Assembly (NCBI GenBank): GCA_043812495.1
Contig: JBDRMG010000015.1
Coordinates: 1-32,473, forward strand
Origin: Candidatus Omnitrophota bacterium
Lineage (GTDB): Bacteria > Omnitrophota > Gorgyraeia > Zapsychrales > JBDRMG01
Length of the DNA: 32,473 nt
Direction of reading: 5' to 3'
The translations under genes were made by a program, and so were the position numbers. The notes below the pieces were generated by a model, which ran no database searches, was not told the DNA's origin, and worked only from the letters and a program-made list of their open reading frames with translations. Below, piece after piece: positions 17,963-27,956 of the stretch (position 1 is its first letter; each line of letters starts with the position of its first letter).

Positions 17963-19027
17963 TTGACTATGGATGACAGAGAAATATTGAGCGCAAGAAT
18001 TCTCATCGTAGACGATCAACGACTGCATATTCGCCTTCTGGAAGGAATTCTGACTTCAGCCGGTTATACCGCTCTTCAGAGCCTAACGGATTCACGCCAA
18101 GCGGTTTGTGTATGTCAGGATTGGATGCCGGATTTGATTTTTCTTGATCTCAAAATGCCGCATGTCGATGGTTTTCAAGTCATGGAGCAATTAAGAGATT
18201 TAAGGCAAAGAGAATATATTCCCATTCTTGTCTGTACGGCCATAACGGATCAGGAATCAAGATTACGCGCCCTTAAAGCAGGCGCAACAGATTTTATCAA
18301 TATCCCCTATGATAGCCTGGAAGTCCTCATTCGCATCAAGACCATGATCGAAGCCAGACTTTTACATCAGCAGATCAAAAACCAGAAAGAAATTCTCGAG
18401 TCGAAAATTCAGGAACGCACCAAGGAATTGCGCGATACGCAGTTAGATATTATTCGTCGTTTGGCGCATGCCGCTGAATACCGTGATAATGAAACGGGAA
18501 TTCATATTATCCGCATGAGTCACTATTGCGCTAAACTCGGTGAGGCAATCGGTTTGAACGAATCCGACCGGGAACTTCTTTTAAACGCAAGCCCCTTGCA
18601 TGATATCGGAAAAATCGGTATTCCCGATCATATCCTTTTGAAACCGGGAAAATTAACGGACGAAGAATATGAAATTATGAAAACTCACACGACCATCGGC
18701 TCAGAGCTTTTATCGGGAAGCGATTCTCCTCTAATGAAAATGGCCCAGACGATTGCCTTAACGCATCAAGAAAAGTGGGATGGCACCGGTTATCCCAAGG
18801 GCTTAAAGGGGGAAGAGATTCCATTGGTGGGGCGTCTTGTTGGATTGTGTGATGTCTTTGATGCCTTGACGAGCAATCGCCCTTATAAAAAGGCCTGGAG
18901 CACGCAAGACGCTGTCGAAGAAATCAGAAACCAGAAAGGCAAGCAATTTGATCCCAAGCTGGTTGAAGCTTTCATGAAGATTTTACCGGAGATTAAAGCC
19001 ATCCAAAAGAAGTACCTAGAAGAATAA
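17963..19027 (+). CDS. Response regulator with HD-GYP c-di-GMP phosphodiesterase (RpfG-like)
   Basis: REC (VDD, LDLKMP), coiled coil, EYRDNETGIH, LHDIGKIG, HQEKWDGTGYP, RPYK. Confidence 0.95.
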   Translation: MTMDDREILSARILIVDDQRLHIRLLEGILTSAGYTALQSLTDSRQAVCVCQDWMPDLIFLDLKMPHVDGFQVMEQLRDLRQREYIPILVCTAITDQESRLRALKAGATDFINIPYDSLEVLIRIKTMIEARLLHQQIKNQKEILESKIQERTKELRDTQLDIIRRLAHAAEYRDNETGIHIIRMSHYCAKLGEAIGLNESDRELLLNASPLHDIGKIGIPDHILLKPGKLTDEEYEIMKTHTTIGSELLSGSDSPLMKMAQTIALTHQEKWDGTGYPKGLKGEEIPLVGRLVGLCDVFDALTSNRPYKKAWSTQDAVEEIRNQKGKQFDPKLVEAFMKILPEIKAIQKKYLEE

Positions 19028-19038
19028 CCCCAATCTTT

Positions 19039-20820
19039 ATGACTAAAGAAGACCTCATATACCATCCGCAAATACCGAAGCTCAATTTGCCTGGTAACGA
19101 GGATATACTTTCAGACTTCGTCACAGAGGCCTTAAGTTATTTGATGAGCGGAGAGAATGCCTTATTTACTTTAGAAACTGTATCCGGAGATCCGGGGTCG
19201 ATTCAAAACCTTTTTAAAATATTCCACACCCTACGGGGACTCACCGGCTTCTTGAATCTTGAGGATATCCAATCTTTGTCTCAAGAAGCTGAAGGAATGA
19301 TAGATGATGTGCGCAAAGGACACCTATCCTTTGATCGAGACATCATGAAATTAACTTCAGAGATCATCAACGGCTTAAGAAAACTTTTGTCCTTATTGAA
19401 TGAGCAAATTATTCAAAAAGGAACGCTCAAAAGTGAATATTATGACGTGGGTCCCCTGATCCAAAAGGTGGTTTGTATCCGCCAAAAGAACATACCGGTT
19501 GAACAGAAAAATGATGGCGCAGCGCAGCAAAATACGCAAGAGCCTCAGTCCGAATTGATTCAAGACAAAGAGGATGCGGACAAGACGGGTCAGCGCCAGC
19601 GCGATTTAATCGAAGAAAGAGATTTTGCTATTCAATTAAGCAAGCAATCTCAAGGTGCCGCAAGGCTTAAAGGCAACTTATTGGCAAGCTTGGCGCACGA
19701 TATACGCGCCCTGACCGCGTCGATCCTGGGATTTTCCAATATGCTACAAACCGGGCAGCTGAACGTCAAGCAGCATGACCAGGTGAATAATATTACTTTA
19801 AGCGCGACTTTATTGTTGGGTATTGTGAATAATATTTTGGATTTTGCTAAGGTAGAAAGCGGAAAGTTTGAACTGGAAAATGTATCTTTTGATTTAAATG
19901 TAATTATCGATGAAATATCAAGAATCTTTTTGCCGCGCTTTGAAGGCAAAAGCACTCGACTTTATTTCAATATTGACGATGATGTTCCTGCCAATTTGAT
20001 CGGTGATCCCGTGCGTTTGAAGCAGATTTTGATTAATCTCCTTGATAATGCCATCAAATTTACTCAAAAAGGTGAAATCAGGCTTATGGTACGCCGAGAA
20101 CCCCAAACAAAAGAGGATGTCAAGAAGGATGAATGCGTTTTACGTTTTGCTGTGAGCGATACAGGGATCGGTATACCGGAAGATAAAAAGGAAATTATTT
20201 TTGATGCGTTTACCCAGGTTGATGCTTCAACGAGCCGGCAGTACGGGGGCACAGGGCTCGGATTGTCTATCTGTAAGAATTTTGTTAATCTTTTGGGCGG
20301 TCATATTTGGGTCGATTCTCAAATCGGGTCCGGAAGTACATTCGCCTTTACGATAAAGCTTGAAATCTCAGAATTCAAAAAAGAAAAGGCTAAAATTGCG
20401 GCAGAAGAAAAGAAAGTTCAGCAAAGATATGCCGAGCTTGAGAAAATTTCTTGTCAGGGTATTAAAGTGCTTGTAGCAGAAGACAGTATCACAAACCAAG
20501 AATTGATTGCGGCCTATTTTGAGCAATTCGGCTGTGAAGGAGATTTTGTTTCCAATGGTCAAGAAGCGCTTGAAAAAATCAAAAATATTAAGTATGATTT
20601 ATGCATTATTGACCTTCAGATGCCCGTCCTCGACGGGATTGAAGCGACGCGTATAATTCGAAAAGATTTAAAGTTGGATGTCCCAATCATGGCCTTGACC
20701 GCGGCTGATTCAAAAGAAGAAAAAGAACTCTGTTATACAGTCGGCATGAATGACTACATCTCCAAACCGTTTGACATGTACGACTTGAAGGAAAAAATTA
20801 TTAAACTGACCAAGTCGTAA
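19039..20820 (+). CDS. Cytoplasmic hybrid histidine kinase, Hpt-HisKA-HATPase-REC
   Basis: CheA-P1-like [16 protein letters not shown]-box [31 protein letters not shown] with AED, DLQMP, LTA and SKP. Confidence 0.9.
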   Translation: MTKEDLIYHPQIPKLNLPGNEDILSDFVTEALSYLMSGENALFTLETVSGDPGSIQNLFKIFHTLRGLTGFLNLEDIQSLSQEAEGMIDDVRKGHLSFDRDIMKLTSEIINGLRKLLSLLNEQIIQKGTLKSEYYDVGPLIQKVVCIRQKNIPVEQKNDGAAQQNTQEPQSELIQDKEDADKTGQRQRDLIEERDFAIQLSKQSQGAARLKGNLLASLAHDIRALTASILGFSNMLQTGQLNVKQHDQVNNITLSATLLLGIVNNILDFAKVESGKFELENVSFDLNVIIDEISRIFLPRFEGKSTRLYFNIDDDVPANLIGDPVRLKQILINLLDNAIKFTQKGEIRLMVRREPQTKEDVKKDECVLRFAVSDTGIGIPEDKKEIIFDAFTQVDASTSRQYGGTGLGLSICKNFVNLLGGHIWVDSQIGSGSTFAFTIKLEISEFKKEKAKIAAEEKKVQQRYAELEKISCQGIKVLVAEDSITNQELIAAYFEQFGCEGDFVSNGQEALEKIKNIKYDLCIIDLQMPVLDGIEATRIIRKDLKLDVPIMALTAADSKEEKELCYTVGMNDYISKPFDMYDLKEKIIKLTKS

Positions 20821-20831
20821 GAAATATGAAG

Positions 20832-20976
20832 GAAATATTATAATTTAATTTGTTTAATCCCCTCGTCCGCCATAGATTATATCAACGGACTCGGGGTCAG
20901 TTCGACCTTATGACTTATGTCGCTTACTGACTGCCGCCAGGCGAAGGCTCCATAAGTCATGGTCTCATTGAAAGGG
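20832..20976 (+). repeat. Scaffold-A modular leader element upstream of the CheY-like gene
   Basis: Three blocks match the reverse complement of 30825-30963 (26/29, 26/28 and 17/19 by manual alignment), separated by non-matching cassettes. Confidence 0.85.
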
Positions 20977-20983
20977 TTGGCCA

Positions 20984-21367
20984 TTGAAAATTCTCGTGAT
21001 TGATGATTCTGATTTAGAACGCGAACTTCTCATTGAAGTTCTCAAAGGCGCAGGCGTCAAAGACGAATTTTTAGAAGCCAGAAGCGGAGAAGAGGCGATT
21101 CAGGTCTTGGGGACACGCTACAAAGAAATCGGCCTTATTCTTCTGGACTGGCAGATGCCTGAAATGTCCGGCATGGAATTCATGGAAGGCGTGGTGAAGG
21201 TTGATAAAGTGGCGAATATTCCGATTGTGATGGTCACGGCCTCGGGTTCCGAAGAAAATAGAAAGAAAGCAAAAAATATCAATCCCAAGCTTGCCGGATA
21301 CGTGGTAAAGCCTTATACGCCAAATTCCATATTGGAAATCATAAAATCATATGTTAAATGTGAGTAG
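20984..21367 (+). CDS. Single-domain CheY-like response regulator
   Basis: IDDS, LLDWQMPEMSG, MVTA, VKPYT; TTG start. Confidence 0.9.
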   Translation: MKILVIDDSDLERELLIEVLKGAGVKDEFLEARSGEEAIQVLGTRYKEIGLILLDWQMPEMSGMEFMEGVVKVDKVANIPIVMVTASGSEENRKKAKNINPKLAGYVVKPYTPNSILEIIKSYVKCE

Positions 21368-21385
21368 CGGGAGGTAACGCAGTAG

Positions 21386-21964
21386 ATGTTTGGAAAAAAA
21401 AGTAATCCGGAATTAAATAAATTCGCAGAGTATTTGACCAAAGGCATCAAGAATCTTTTTGGGGAACGCGGAGAAATCAAATTTTCAAAAGATCCCGAAA
21501 TTGTCAAGAAAGATATTATTGAGTATCAGGGGCGTATGCGCACGGACGGCATGGAAAAGTTCAACAGTCCCACGTATGTTTCTTTCCTCAATTACTTCGC
21601 CAACAAAGCTGATATGGAAAAGAAAAAGGCCCTGGGAGCCCTTGTGCTTTATGTGGAACAAAATTTTATGGCTCCCTTAATGAAAAAGCTGAAGTATCCA
21701 GCCGTCAATGACGAAGATGAAGAGGCGCTCAAAGACAGCTGCGGGACCCTTTGCAACTTGATCGGCGGTCGTTTCAAATCAGAAATTTCTTGTCAGGGCT
21801 ATGCTGAGCTGGAGATGTCGCATTTTTATACGTATCGCAACAGCGCTTCCGATGGCGTGGCTTTTTGTTTTAGTGAGTATGAAAAATATGAAATATCTTT
21901 TACCATTGATAATGAGAAACGCGTCGTCGTTGAAATGACCATGGGCATCGTCCCAAGGCGGTAA
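21386..21964 (+). CDS. CheX-like protein (divergent)
   Basis: DSCGTLCNLIGGRFK resembles the CheX DAxGExxNxIxG helix; lies directly after the CheY-like gene. Confidence 0.6.
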   Translation: MFGKKSNPELNKFAEYLTKGIKNLFGERGEIKFSKDPEIVKKDIIEYQGRMRTDGMEKFNSPTYVSFLNYFANKADMEKKKALGALVLYVEQNFMAPLMKKLKYPAVNDEDEEALKDSCGTLCNLIGGRFKSEISCQGYAELEMSHFYTYRNSASDGVAFCFSEYEKYEISFTIDNEKRVVVEMTMGIVPRR

Positions 21965-22064
21965 GTAAGTAAGTAAGAATAGTCATGTTCTTTGTTGATT
22001 TAAGATCAATTTTATTATATGATGAAAACAATAATGTTCAGAACCGGAAGAGGAGTCAGCCCGG

Positions 22065-22403
22065 ATGTTTGAGTATGATATCAACAAGGTTAGCGAGGAG
22101 CTTCATATCCGAACGGAAATATTGAACCGATTGGTGCATAGCTTTGCTAATACCTTGTCCCAGAAGATTATTACTCTAGAAGAAGCTGTAACCAAGAACG
22201 ATATTATAACCATGAGAGCTATTTTGCATGAAATCCGGGGGACATCAGGAAATCTTCGCTTGGAGTCCGTTTTGGCGGCAACTAAAATAATGCATGAGGC
22301 GGTTAAAGCAGAGAAAGACTCAGGCAGTATCCCCGGACACTTTAAGGTCCTCAAAGAGAAGTCAGACGAATTTAAGAATTATATCGAAAGCCAGGCGGGT
22401 TGA
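22065..22403 (+). CDS. Stand-alone Hpt domain protein
   Basis: Helical pattern with ILHEIRGTSGNL; AGGAG RBS. Confidence 0.85.
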   Translation: MFEYDINKVSEELHIRTEILNRLVHSFANTLSQKIITLEEAVTKNDIITMRAILHEIRGTSGNLRLESVLAATKIMHEAVKAEKDSGSIPGHFKVLKEKSDEFKNYIESQAG

Positions 22404-22404
22404 A

Positions 22405-22803
22405 ATGTGGAAAGTTTTAATTGTTGACGATAATTTTGAGAACAGAGAATTAATGGCTGAAATCCTGCGCGATGTGGCCGAATGTGATCTTGCTGTCAGC
22501 GGTCAGGAAGCTATCGAAAAATATAATAACGCTTTAAGCCTCAGGCCCTACCAGGTCATTCTTTTAGATATTATGATGCCGGATGTGGATGGTCTTCAAG
22601 CCCTTCGCATAATCCGTAAAAATGAGCGTGATCACGGCATTGAACTGGGGGATGGAGTTCCCGTCATTATGGTCACAGCCCATAAAAAACCGTATCTGGA
22701 TGCCTTTTTCCAGGGCTGTACGGATTATATTATGAAACCGATTGATCCGGCCAAATTGATCAAGAAAATCGAAGAAAAAGTCCACAAACCCTACGTTTCT
22801 TAA
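22405..22803 (+). CDS. Single-domain response regulator
   Basis: MWKVLIVDD, LLDIMMPDVDG, MVTA, YIMKP; ATG 22405 follows the Hpt stop. Confidence 0.9.
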   Translation: MWKVLIVDDNFENRELMAEILRDVAECDLAVSGQEAIEKYNNALSLRPYQVILLDIMMPDVDGLQALRIIRKNERDHGIELGDGVPVIMVTAHKKPYLDAFFQGCTDYIMKPIDPAKLIKKIEEKVHKPYVS

Positions 22804-22944
22804 TCTGTAACTCTTTCATTTCTCTCCAGTTAGCACTCATCGATAAACCCGCGTAAAAATCAATTACCCCTTGCATAATAATGGGCTTCATAATATAATT
22901 GTTTCGCTTCACAAATCCGAACCGATTTACAATAAGGAGCTAGT

Positions 22945-24237
22945 ATGGATAATAAGGCAAGATTGGATGTCAGCGGAAAGTCCTTTGAACTGCCGATCGT
23001 CACAAGCACGACCGGTGAAAAAGGAATTGATATATCCAATTTACGCAAAGAAACTTCGTATGTCGTCCTGGATCAAGGATTTGCCAACACCGCATCCTGT
23101 AAGAGCGCGATTACCTATGTCGATGGAGAGAATGGAATTTTACGTTACCGCGGCATTTCGATCGAAGAGATCGCCGAGCGAGCGTCTTTTATAGAAGCGG
23201 CTTATCTTTTGATCTATGGGAATCTTCCTGATCATAAACAGCTGAATTATTTCTCCGAAGCCTTTACGCGTTACTCGATGATTCATGAGGATATGAAGAA
23301 TTTCTTTGACGGCTATCCTTCCAGCGGTCATCCGATGGGAATCCTCTCAGCTATGGTCTGTTCACTTTCGGCCTATTATCCGGAATTGGTCAAACCCAGC
23401 CCGACCAAAGAAGAAATCGATACGGTTGCGGTTGAGTTACTATCCAAGGTGCGTACGATCGCAGCTTTTTCCTATAAAAAGTCAATCGGTCAGCCGTTTG
23501 TTTATCCGCGGCATAGCTTGAAATATGTTACCAATTTTCTAAATATGATGTTTTCAAGTCCTTCGCAGGAATATAAGATTGACGAAAATATTGTTGGGGC
23601 TTTACAGAAGCTTCTCATCGTCCATGCCGATCATGAACAAAATTGCAGCACGTCGACCGTTCGTCTTGTTGGGAGCTCACTTGCGAATTTGTTTGCTTCG
23701 ATTTCAGCAGGTATTTGCGCGCTTTGGGGGCCTCTGCACGGAGGTGCCAATCAAGCCGTGATTGAAATGCTGCAAAATATTCACGAGAATGGCGGAAACA
23801 CAAAGAAATTCATTGACCTGGCTAAAGATAAGAATTCGAAATTCCGGTTGATGGGGTTCGGTCACCGCGTCTACAAGAATTTTGATCCGCGTGCAACGAT
23901 CCTTAAGAAAGAAGCCCATGCACTCCTTGGAAAATCCGGCCGCAGCGATCCCTTGCTGGATATTGCAGTGAAATTGGAGGAATCGGCTTTGAAAGACGAA
24001 TATTTTATAGAACGAAAACTTTATCCGAACGTTGACTTCTATAGCGGGATTATCTTACGCGAAATAGGAATCCCGATTGATATGTTTCCGGTAATTTTTG
24101 CGATCGGCCGCATGCCCGGATGGATCGCCCACTGGAAAGAAATGATCGAGGATCCGTCAACCAAAATAGGCCGACCACGCCAAATTTATGTCGGTGAAGT
24201 CAAACGTGATTTTGTTCATATCGATCGCCGGAAATAA
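22945..24237 (+). CDS. gltA: Citrate synthase (type II)
   Basis: HADHEQNCST, LWGPLHGGAN, LMGFGHRVYKNFDPR, YPNVDFYSG. Confidence 0.97.
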   Translation: MDNKARLDVSGKSFELPIVTSTTGEKGIDISNLRKETSYVVLDQGFANTASCKSAITYVDGENGILRYRGISIEEIAERASFIEAAYLLIYGNLPDHKQLNYFSEAFTRYSMIHEDMKNFFDGYPSSGHPMGILSAMVCSLSAYYPELVKPSPTKEEIDTVAVELLSKVRTIAAFSYKKSIGQPFVYPRHSLKYVTNFLNMMFSSPSQEYKIDENIVGALQKLLIVHADHEQNCSTSTVRLVGSSLANLFASISAGICALWGPLHGGANQAVIEMLQNIHENGGNTKKFIDLAKDKNSKFRLMGFGHRVYKNFDPRATILKKEAHALLGKSGRSDPLLDIAVKLEESALKDEYFIERKLYPNVDFYSGIILREIGIPIDMFPVIFAIGRMPGWIAHWKEMIEDPSTKIGRPRQIYVGEVKRDFVHIDRRK

Positions 24238-24274
24238 CCCTATTGCCCTCAACTGTTCTTAAAGGTCCGCGCTG

Positions 24275-24850
24275 ATGAAGGCATTATTAATCGTTGACGT
24301 CCAGAATGATTTTTGCCGCGGAGGATCTTTAGCTGTCCAAGACGGCGATCAAGTCATCCCCGCTTTAAATAAGTACATTCAATATTTTCAGAAGAGAAAA
24401 CTTCCCATTTTTGCGTCGCGTGATTGGCATCCCGAAGTCACCCCGCATTTTCAAAAACATGGCGGTGTTTGGCCTGCTCACTGTGTTCGAGGGACAAAAG
24501 GCGCGCAATTTCATCCCAAACTCAATCTTCCGGCCTCCGTCATTGTTATTTCGAAAGGCATAACTTCTGATCAAGAAAGTTACACGGCTTTCTTGGGATG
24601 TGATCAAAATGGCGTTCCTTTTGAGCAAGTCCTTGAGAAGCTTGATATTGAGGAATTATTTATCGGCGGGTTGGCAACTGATTATTGCGTGAAGACCTCC
24701 TGCCTGGATGCTCTGAGGTTAAAATTTCGCGTGCATTTGTTAATGGATGCTATTAGGGGTGTCGACTTAATCAAAGGCGATTCAGAAAAGGCCATCAAAG
24801 AGATCTTGGCTGCCGGCGCCGAGGAGGCGTCCTTAAAACAGCTAAAATAA
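24275..24850 (+). CDS. pncA: Nicotinamidase/pyrazinamidase
   Basis: VDVQNDF..GGSLAV, SRDWHP, WPAHCV, GLATDYCV. Confidence 0.93.
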   Translation: MKALLIVDVQNDFCRGGSLAVQDGDQVIPALNKYIQYFQKRKLPIFASRDWHPEVTPHFQKHGGVWPAHCVRGTKGAQFHPKLNLPASVIVISKGITSDQESYTAFLGCDQNGVPFEQVLEKLDIEELFIGGLATDYCVKTSCLDALRLKFRVHLLMDAIRGVDLIKGDSEKAIKEILAAGAEEASLKQLK

Positions 24851-24918
24851 ATATCATGCGGAACGCTGATTTAGACAATTCCCAGTATTTGACGAGCTGC
24901 AGGATTATTCTTTTTGCC

Positions 24919-24946
24919 TTGCGGCAGATTTTGAGAATGTTATAAT
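24919..24946 (+). promoter_or_regulatory. Putative extended -10 promoter for the diguanylate cyclase
   Basis: TTGCGG-16 bp-TATAAT with a TGn extension. Confidence 0.5.
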
Positions 24947-24988
24947 TTTACCAGAGACTTAAGGAGAAATTTATCAGACAAGAGGTAC

Positions 24989-26158
24989 ATGATGGACAAT
25001 GAAAAAGAAACGACATTTTTAGGCGAAGATCTCTTGGAACGCATTGCTTATGTATCGAGTGAGCTTGACGAAATCGTGGATATCACGAAAGGCGAGAAAA
25101 AAGATGATGAATCACAACGGTTACACAAGCCGACAACTCTACAATCCATCTTTAAATATTTAGTTCTTAAGAATGTCACGCGCGGTCGGATGGCTTTAAG
25201 CGTATATTTTTCAGGTAAAGAAGTCGGTTTTGCATGTCAGCCGAAGACAAAGGAAGATCTCGTTAAGCTTGTCCGTCGTCTGGGCTTGGGGACTTTGAGT
25301 ATTAACGAATTTGGAGAAGAAAATATCATTCTTGAGTTGAAAGACAGTCTCAGCTCAAGAGATATCAAGGGTCTCCAGAAAAATGTATGCTACTTTGAAG
25401 CAGGTTTCTTTGGAGGCGCGATTGAGAATATCTTAAATAGAAAGATTGATTTTAAAGAAAGTCAGTGTGTGGCTAGTGAAGCAAGCGAGATTTGCCGATT
25501 TGAGATGATCAAACCGGGCGAGCAGATCAAGATTGAAGGGGTGACGATCCCTATCCTGACCGTCAAAGGATATTCGCCGGAAAATGTAAAATTATTGACA
25601 TCGTTGGCGTCCCATGCGATTGCGGCAATCGAAAATGCGCTAGTTTTTGAAACAACGCGTAAGCAAGCCCTGATTGACGGGTTGACGGAAACATTTAATC
25701 ACCGGTTTTTTCAGCAGACCATTCGCACAGAATTAAAAAGAAGCAGCCGGCATGATATGCCGCTTGCGATGATGATGTGCGATATTGACAAATTCAAAGA
25801 ATACAATGATAAATACGGGCATTCCGTAGGAGATGATGCCCTTAAGAAAATTGCCAATATCCTAAAATCTAATATCAGAGAAATTGATTTTGTATCGCGT
25901 TATGGCGGTGATGAGTTTGCGGTACTATTTCCTCAAACCTATCAGCAGGGGGCCATGATAGCGGCTCAGCGCATCTTAGAGAAAGTGAACCAATGCAAAT
26001 TTCCGAAGCTGGAATCCGATAGTTACTTGAGTATCAGTATAGGAATTGCAGGAATCCCGGGGCGCACAGAGTTAAGCGCCCAGGATCTTATCGACAAGGC
26101 GGACAAAGCGCTTCGCATCGCCAAAAAGGGAAAATTAAAAATCGTTGTTGCTGAATAA
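24989..26158 (+). CDS. V4R-domain diguanylate cyclase
   Basis: V4R pattern ([20 protein letters not shown]); [19 protein letters not shown]; RxxD I-site followed by GGDEF. Confidence 0.9.
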   Translation: MMDNEKETTFLGEDLLERIAYVSSELDEIVDITKGEKKDDESQRLHKPTTLQSIFKYLVLKNVTRGRMALSVYFSGKEVGFACQPKTKEDLVKLVRRLGLGTLSINEFGEENIILELKDSLSSRDIKGLQKNVCYFEAGFFGGAIENILNRKIDFKESQCVASEASEICRFEMIKPGEQIKIEGVTIPILTVKGYSPENVKLLTSLASHAIAAIENALVFETTRKQALIDGLTETFNHRFFQQTIRTELKRSSRHDMPLAMMMCDIDKFKEYNDKYGHSVGDDALKKIANILKSNIREIDFVSRYGGDEFAVLFPQTYQQGAMIAAQRILEKVNQCKFPKLESDSYLSISIGIAGIPGRTELSAQDLIDKADKALRIAKKGKLKIVVAE

Positions 26159-26181
26159 GGAACAATAATTTGGGAAATGCC

Positions 26182-27579
26182 ATGAAATATAGAAAAGAAA
26201 ATGATAGCTTGGGTGAAGTGAGTATACCACAAGGAAAATATTACGGAGCTCAAACAGCCCGGGCTTGCGAAAATTTTAAAATAGGAATGGAAATGTTTCC
26301 CGAAGAATTTATTCAAGCCATTGCCCTCATCAAGAAAGCCTCCGCAATCAGCAACAAGGAATTAAAATTGCTGGACCCCAAAAAAGCGAAGAACATTGAG
26401 AAGGCAGCCGATGAAATCATTAAGGGAAAGCTTTTTGATCATTTTCCCTTAAGGATCTGGCAGTCCGGAAGCGGCACGCAAATCAACATGAATGTCAACG
26501 AAGTCATCGCCAACCGAGCGATAAAGTTAACAGGCGGCAAAGTAGGAAGCAAAAATCCTATCCATCCCAATGACGACGTGAATAAAGGGCAATCCTCAAA
26601 TGATGTGATTCCGACTGCTATGCATATCTCGGCAGCCCAACAGATAAAGAACACATTAATTCCTCAGATAACACATTTGCGCGATAGCCTGAAAAAGAAA
26701 GCAAAAGAGTTTAAGTCAATCGTAAAAATAGGCCGCACACACCTGATGGACGCGACACCTTTAACACTGGGACAGGAATTCTCCGGTTACGTTACACAAT
26801 TATCTAAAGGCATTGAAAGAATAGAGCAATGCTTAGATGAGTTATATGAATTACCGATCGGCGCAACAGCCGTAGGGACCGGTTTGAACACCGATTCGCA
26901 ATTTGCCGGGAAGGTTGTCAAAAAGATCTCTCAAATGACAAAAAATCATTTTGTAGTTTCGAATAATAAATTCCATTTATTAGCCGCGCACGACGCTTTG
27001 GTCCAGCTCAGCGGTACGATGAAGACCTTAGCCGTTTCTTTGATGAAGATTGCCAACGATATTCGATGGTCGGCAAGTGGGCCCAGATGCGGATTAGGAG
27101 AAATAAGTTTGCCCGCCAATGAACCGGGCAGCTCAATCATGCCCGGTAAAGTCAATCCTACACAGGCTGAGGCGCTAACCATGGTTTGCGTCCAGGTGAT
27201 GGGTAATGATGTGGCCGTGAGCATGGCCGGTGCCGGTGGAAATTTTGAACTCAATGTTTATAAACCGGTTATTATTTACAATATCCTGCAGTCGATTCGG
27301 CTTCTTTCGGATGCCTGTAAAAGTTTTGCAGACCATTGTGTATCTGGTATTAAGATAAATAAAGAGACAATCAAGAAGAACGTGGATAATTCCCTTATGT
27401 TAGTCACGGCCCTATCCCCGCACATTGGTTACGATAAAGCGGCAAAGATAGCGCAAAGGGCGCATGCGCAAGGAATCACCCTCAAAGAAGCAGCGCTGTC
27501 CTTAGGTTTTTTGAAAGAGAATGAATTTGACCGAATCGTTCGTCCGGAGAATATGATCGGCCCAAGTAGAAAGAAGTGA
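26182..27579 (+). CDS. fumC: Class II fumarate hydratase
   Basis: [40 protein letters not shown]. Confidence 0.97.
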   Translation: MKYRKENDSLGEVSIPQGKYYGAQTARACENFKIGMEMFPEEFIQAIALIKKASAISNKELKLLDPKKAKNIEKAADEIIKGKLFDHFPLRIWQSGSGTQINMNVNEVIANRAIKLTGGKVGSKNPIHPNDDVNKGQSSNDVIPTAMHISAAQQIKNTLIPQITHLRDSLKKKAKEFKSIVKIGRTHLMDATPLTLGQEFSGYVTQLSKGIERIEQCLDELYELPIGATAVGTGLNTDSQFAGKVVKKISQMTKNHFVVSNNKFHLLAAHDALVQLSGTMKTLAVSLMKIANDIRWSASGPRCGLGEISLPANEPGSSIMPGKVNPTQAEALTMVCVQVMGNDVAVSMAGAGGNFELNVYKPVIIYNILQSIRLLSDACKSFADHCVSGIKINKETIKKNVDNSLMLVTALSPHIGYDKAAKIAQRAHAQGITLKEAALSLGFLKENEFDRIVRPENMIGPSRKK

Positions 27580-27588
27580 GCAAAGAAT

Positions 27589-27951
27589 ATGACCAAAAAA
27601 AGCAGAGTCGAACGACGTAAGCATCCACGCGTCAAGCGCATTCTGTGCATCCATCATCGCTTGCACAAGCGAAAAGGAAAACAGATGAAAGACGCCTGGC
27701 ACTGGCATTTGTCCGACACAGAAAACATGAGCATGGGCGGTGTATTATTTCAGAGTGACATTCATTATCAAGTCAATGATGTCATTGAAATCAAAATTGT
27801 GATGTCGGGTGTGTTAGAGATCTTTAATGGTTTTGGAAAAGTTGTTCGCGTTGAGCAGAAAAAGAAGGGTTATTTATATCCTACCGCTGTTGCCCTATCT
27901 CAAATATCCAACCGAAGGCGCAAGATCGCATCGGCAAGATCAATCATCTAA
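27589..27951 (+). CDS. PilZ-domain protein
   Basis: ERRKHPR (RxxxR), NMSMGG (D/NxSxxG), GKVVRV. Confidence 0.85.
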   Translation: MTKKSRVERRKHPRVKRILCIHHRLHKRKGKQMKDAWHWHLSDTENMSMGGVLFQSDIHYQVNDVIEIKIVMSGVLEIFNGFGKVVRVEQKKKGYLYPTAVALSQISNRRRKIASARSII

Positions 27952-27956
27952 AGAGA

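Noticed and set aside
24858..24870. gcggaacg(c)tgat, similar to 3545-3558 and to the gcggaacg joiner of scaffold B
   Set aside because: The match is too short and lacks the surrounding stems; could be chance
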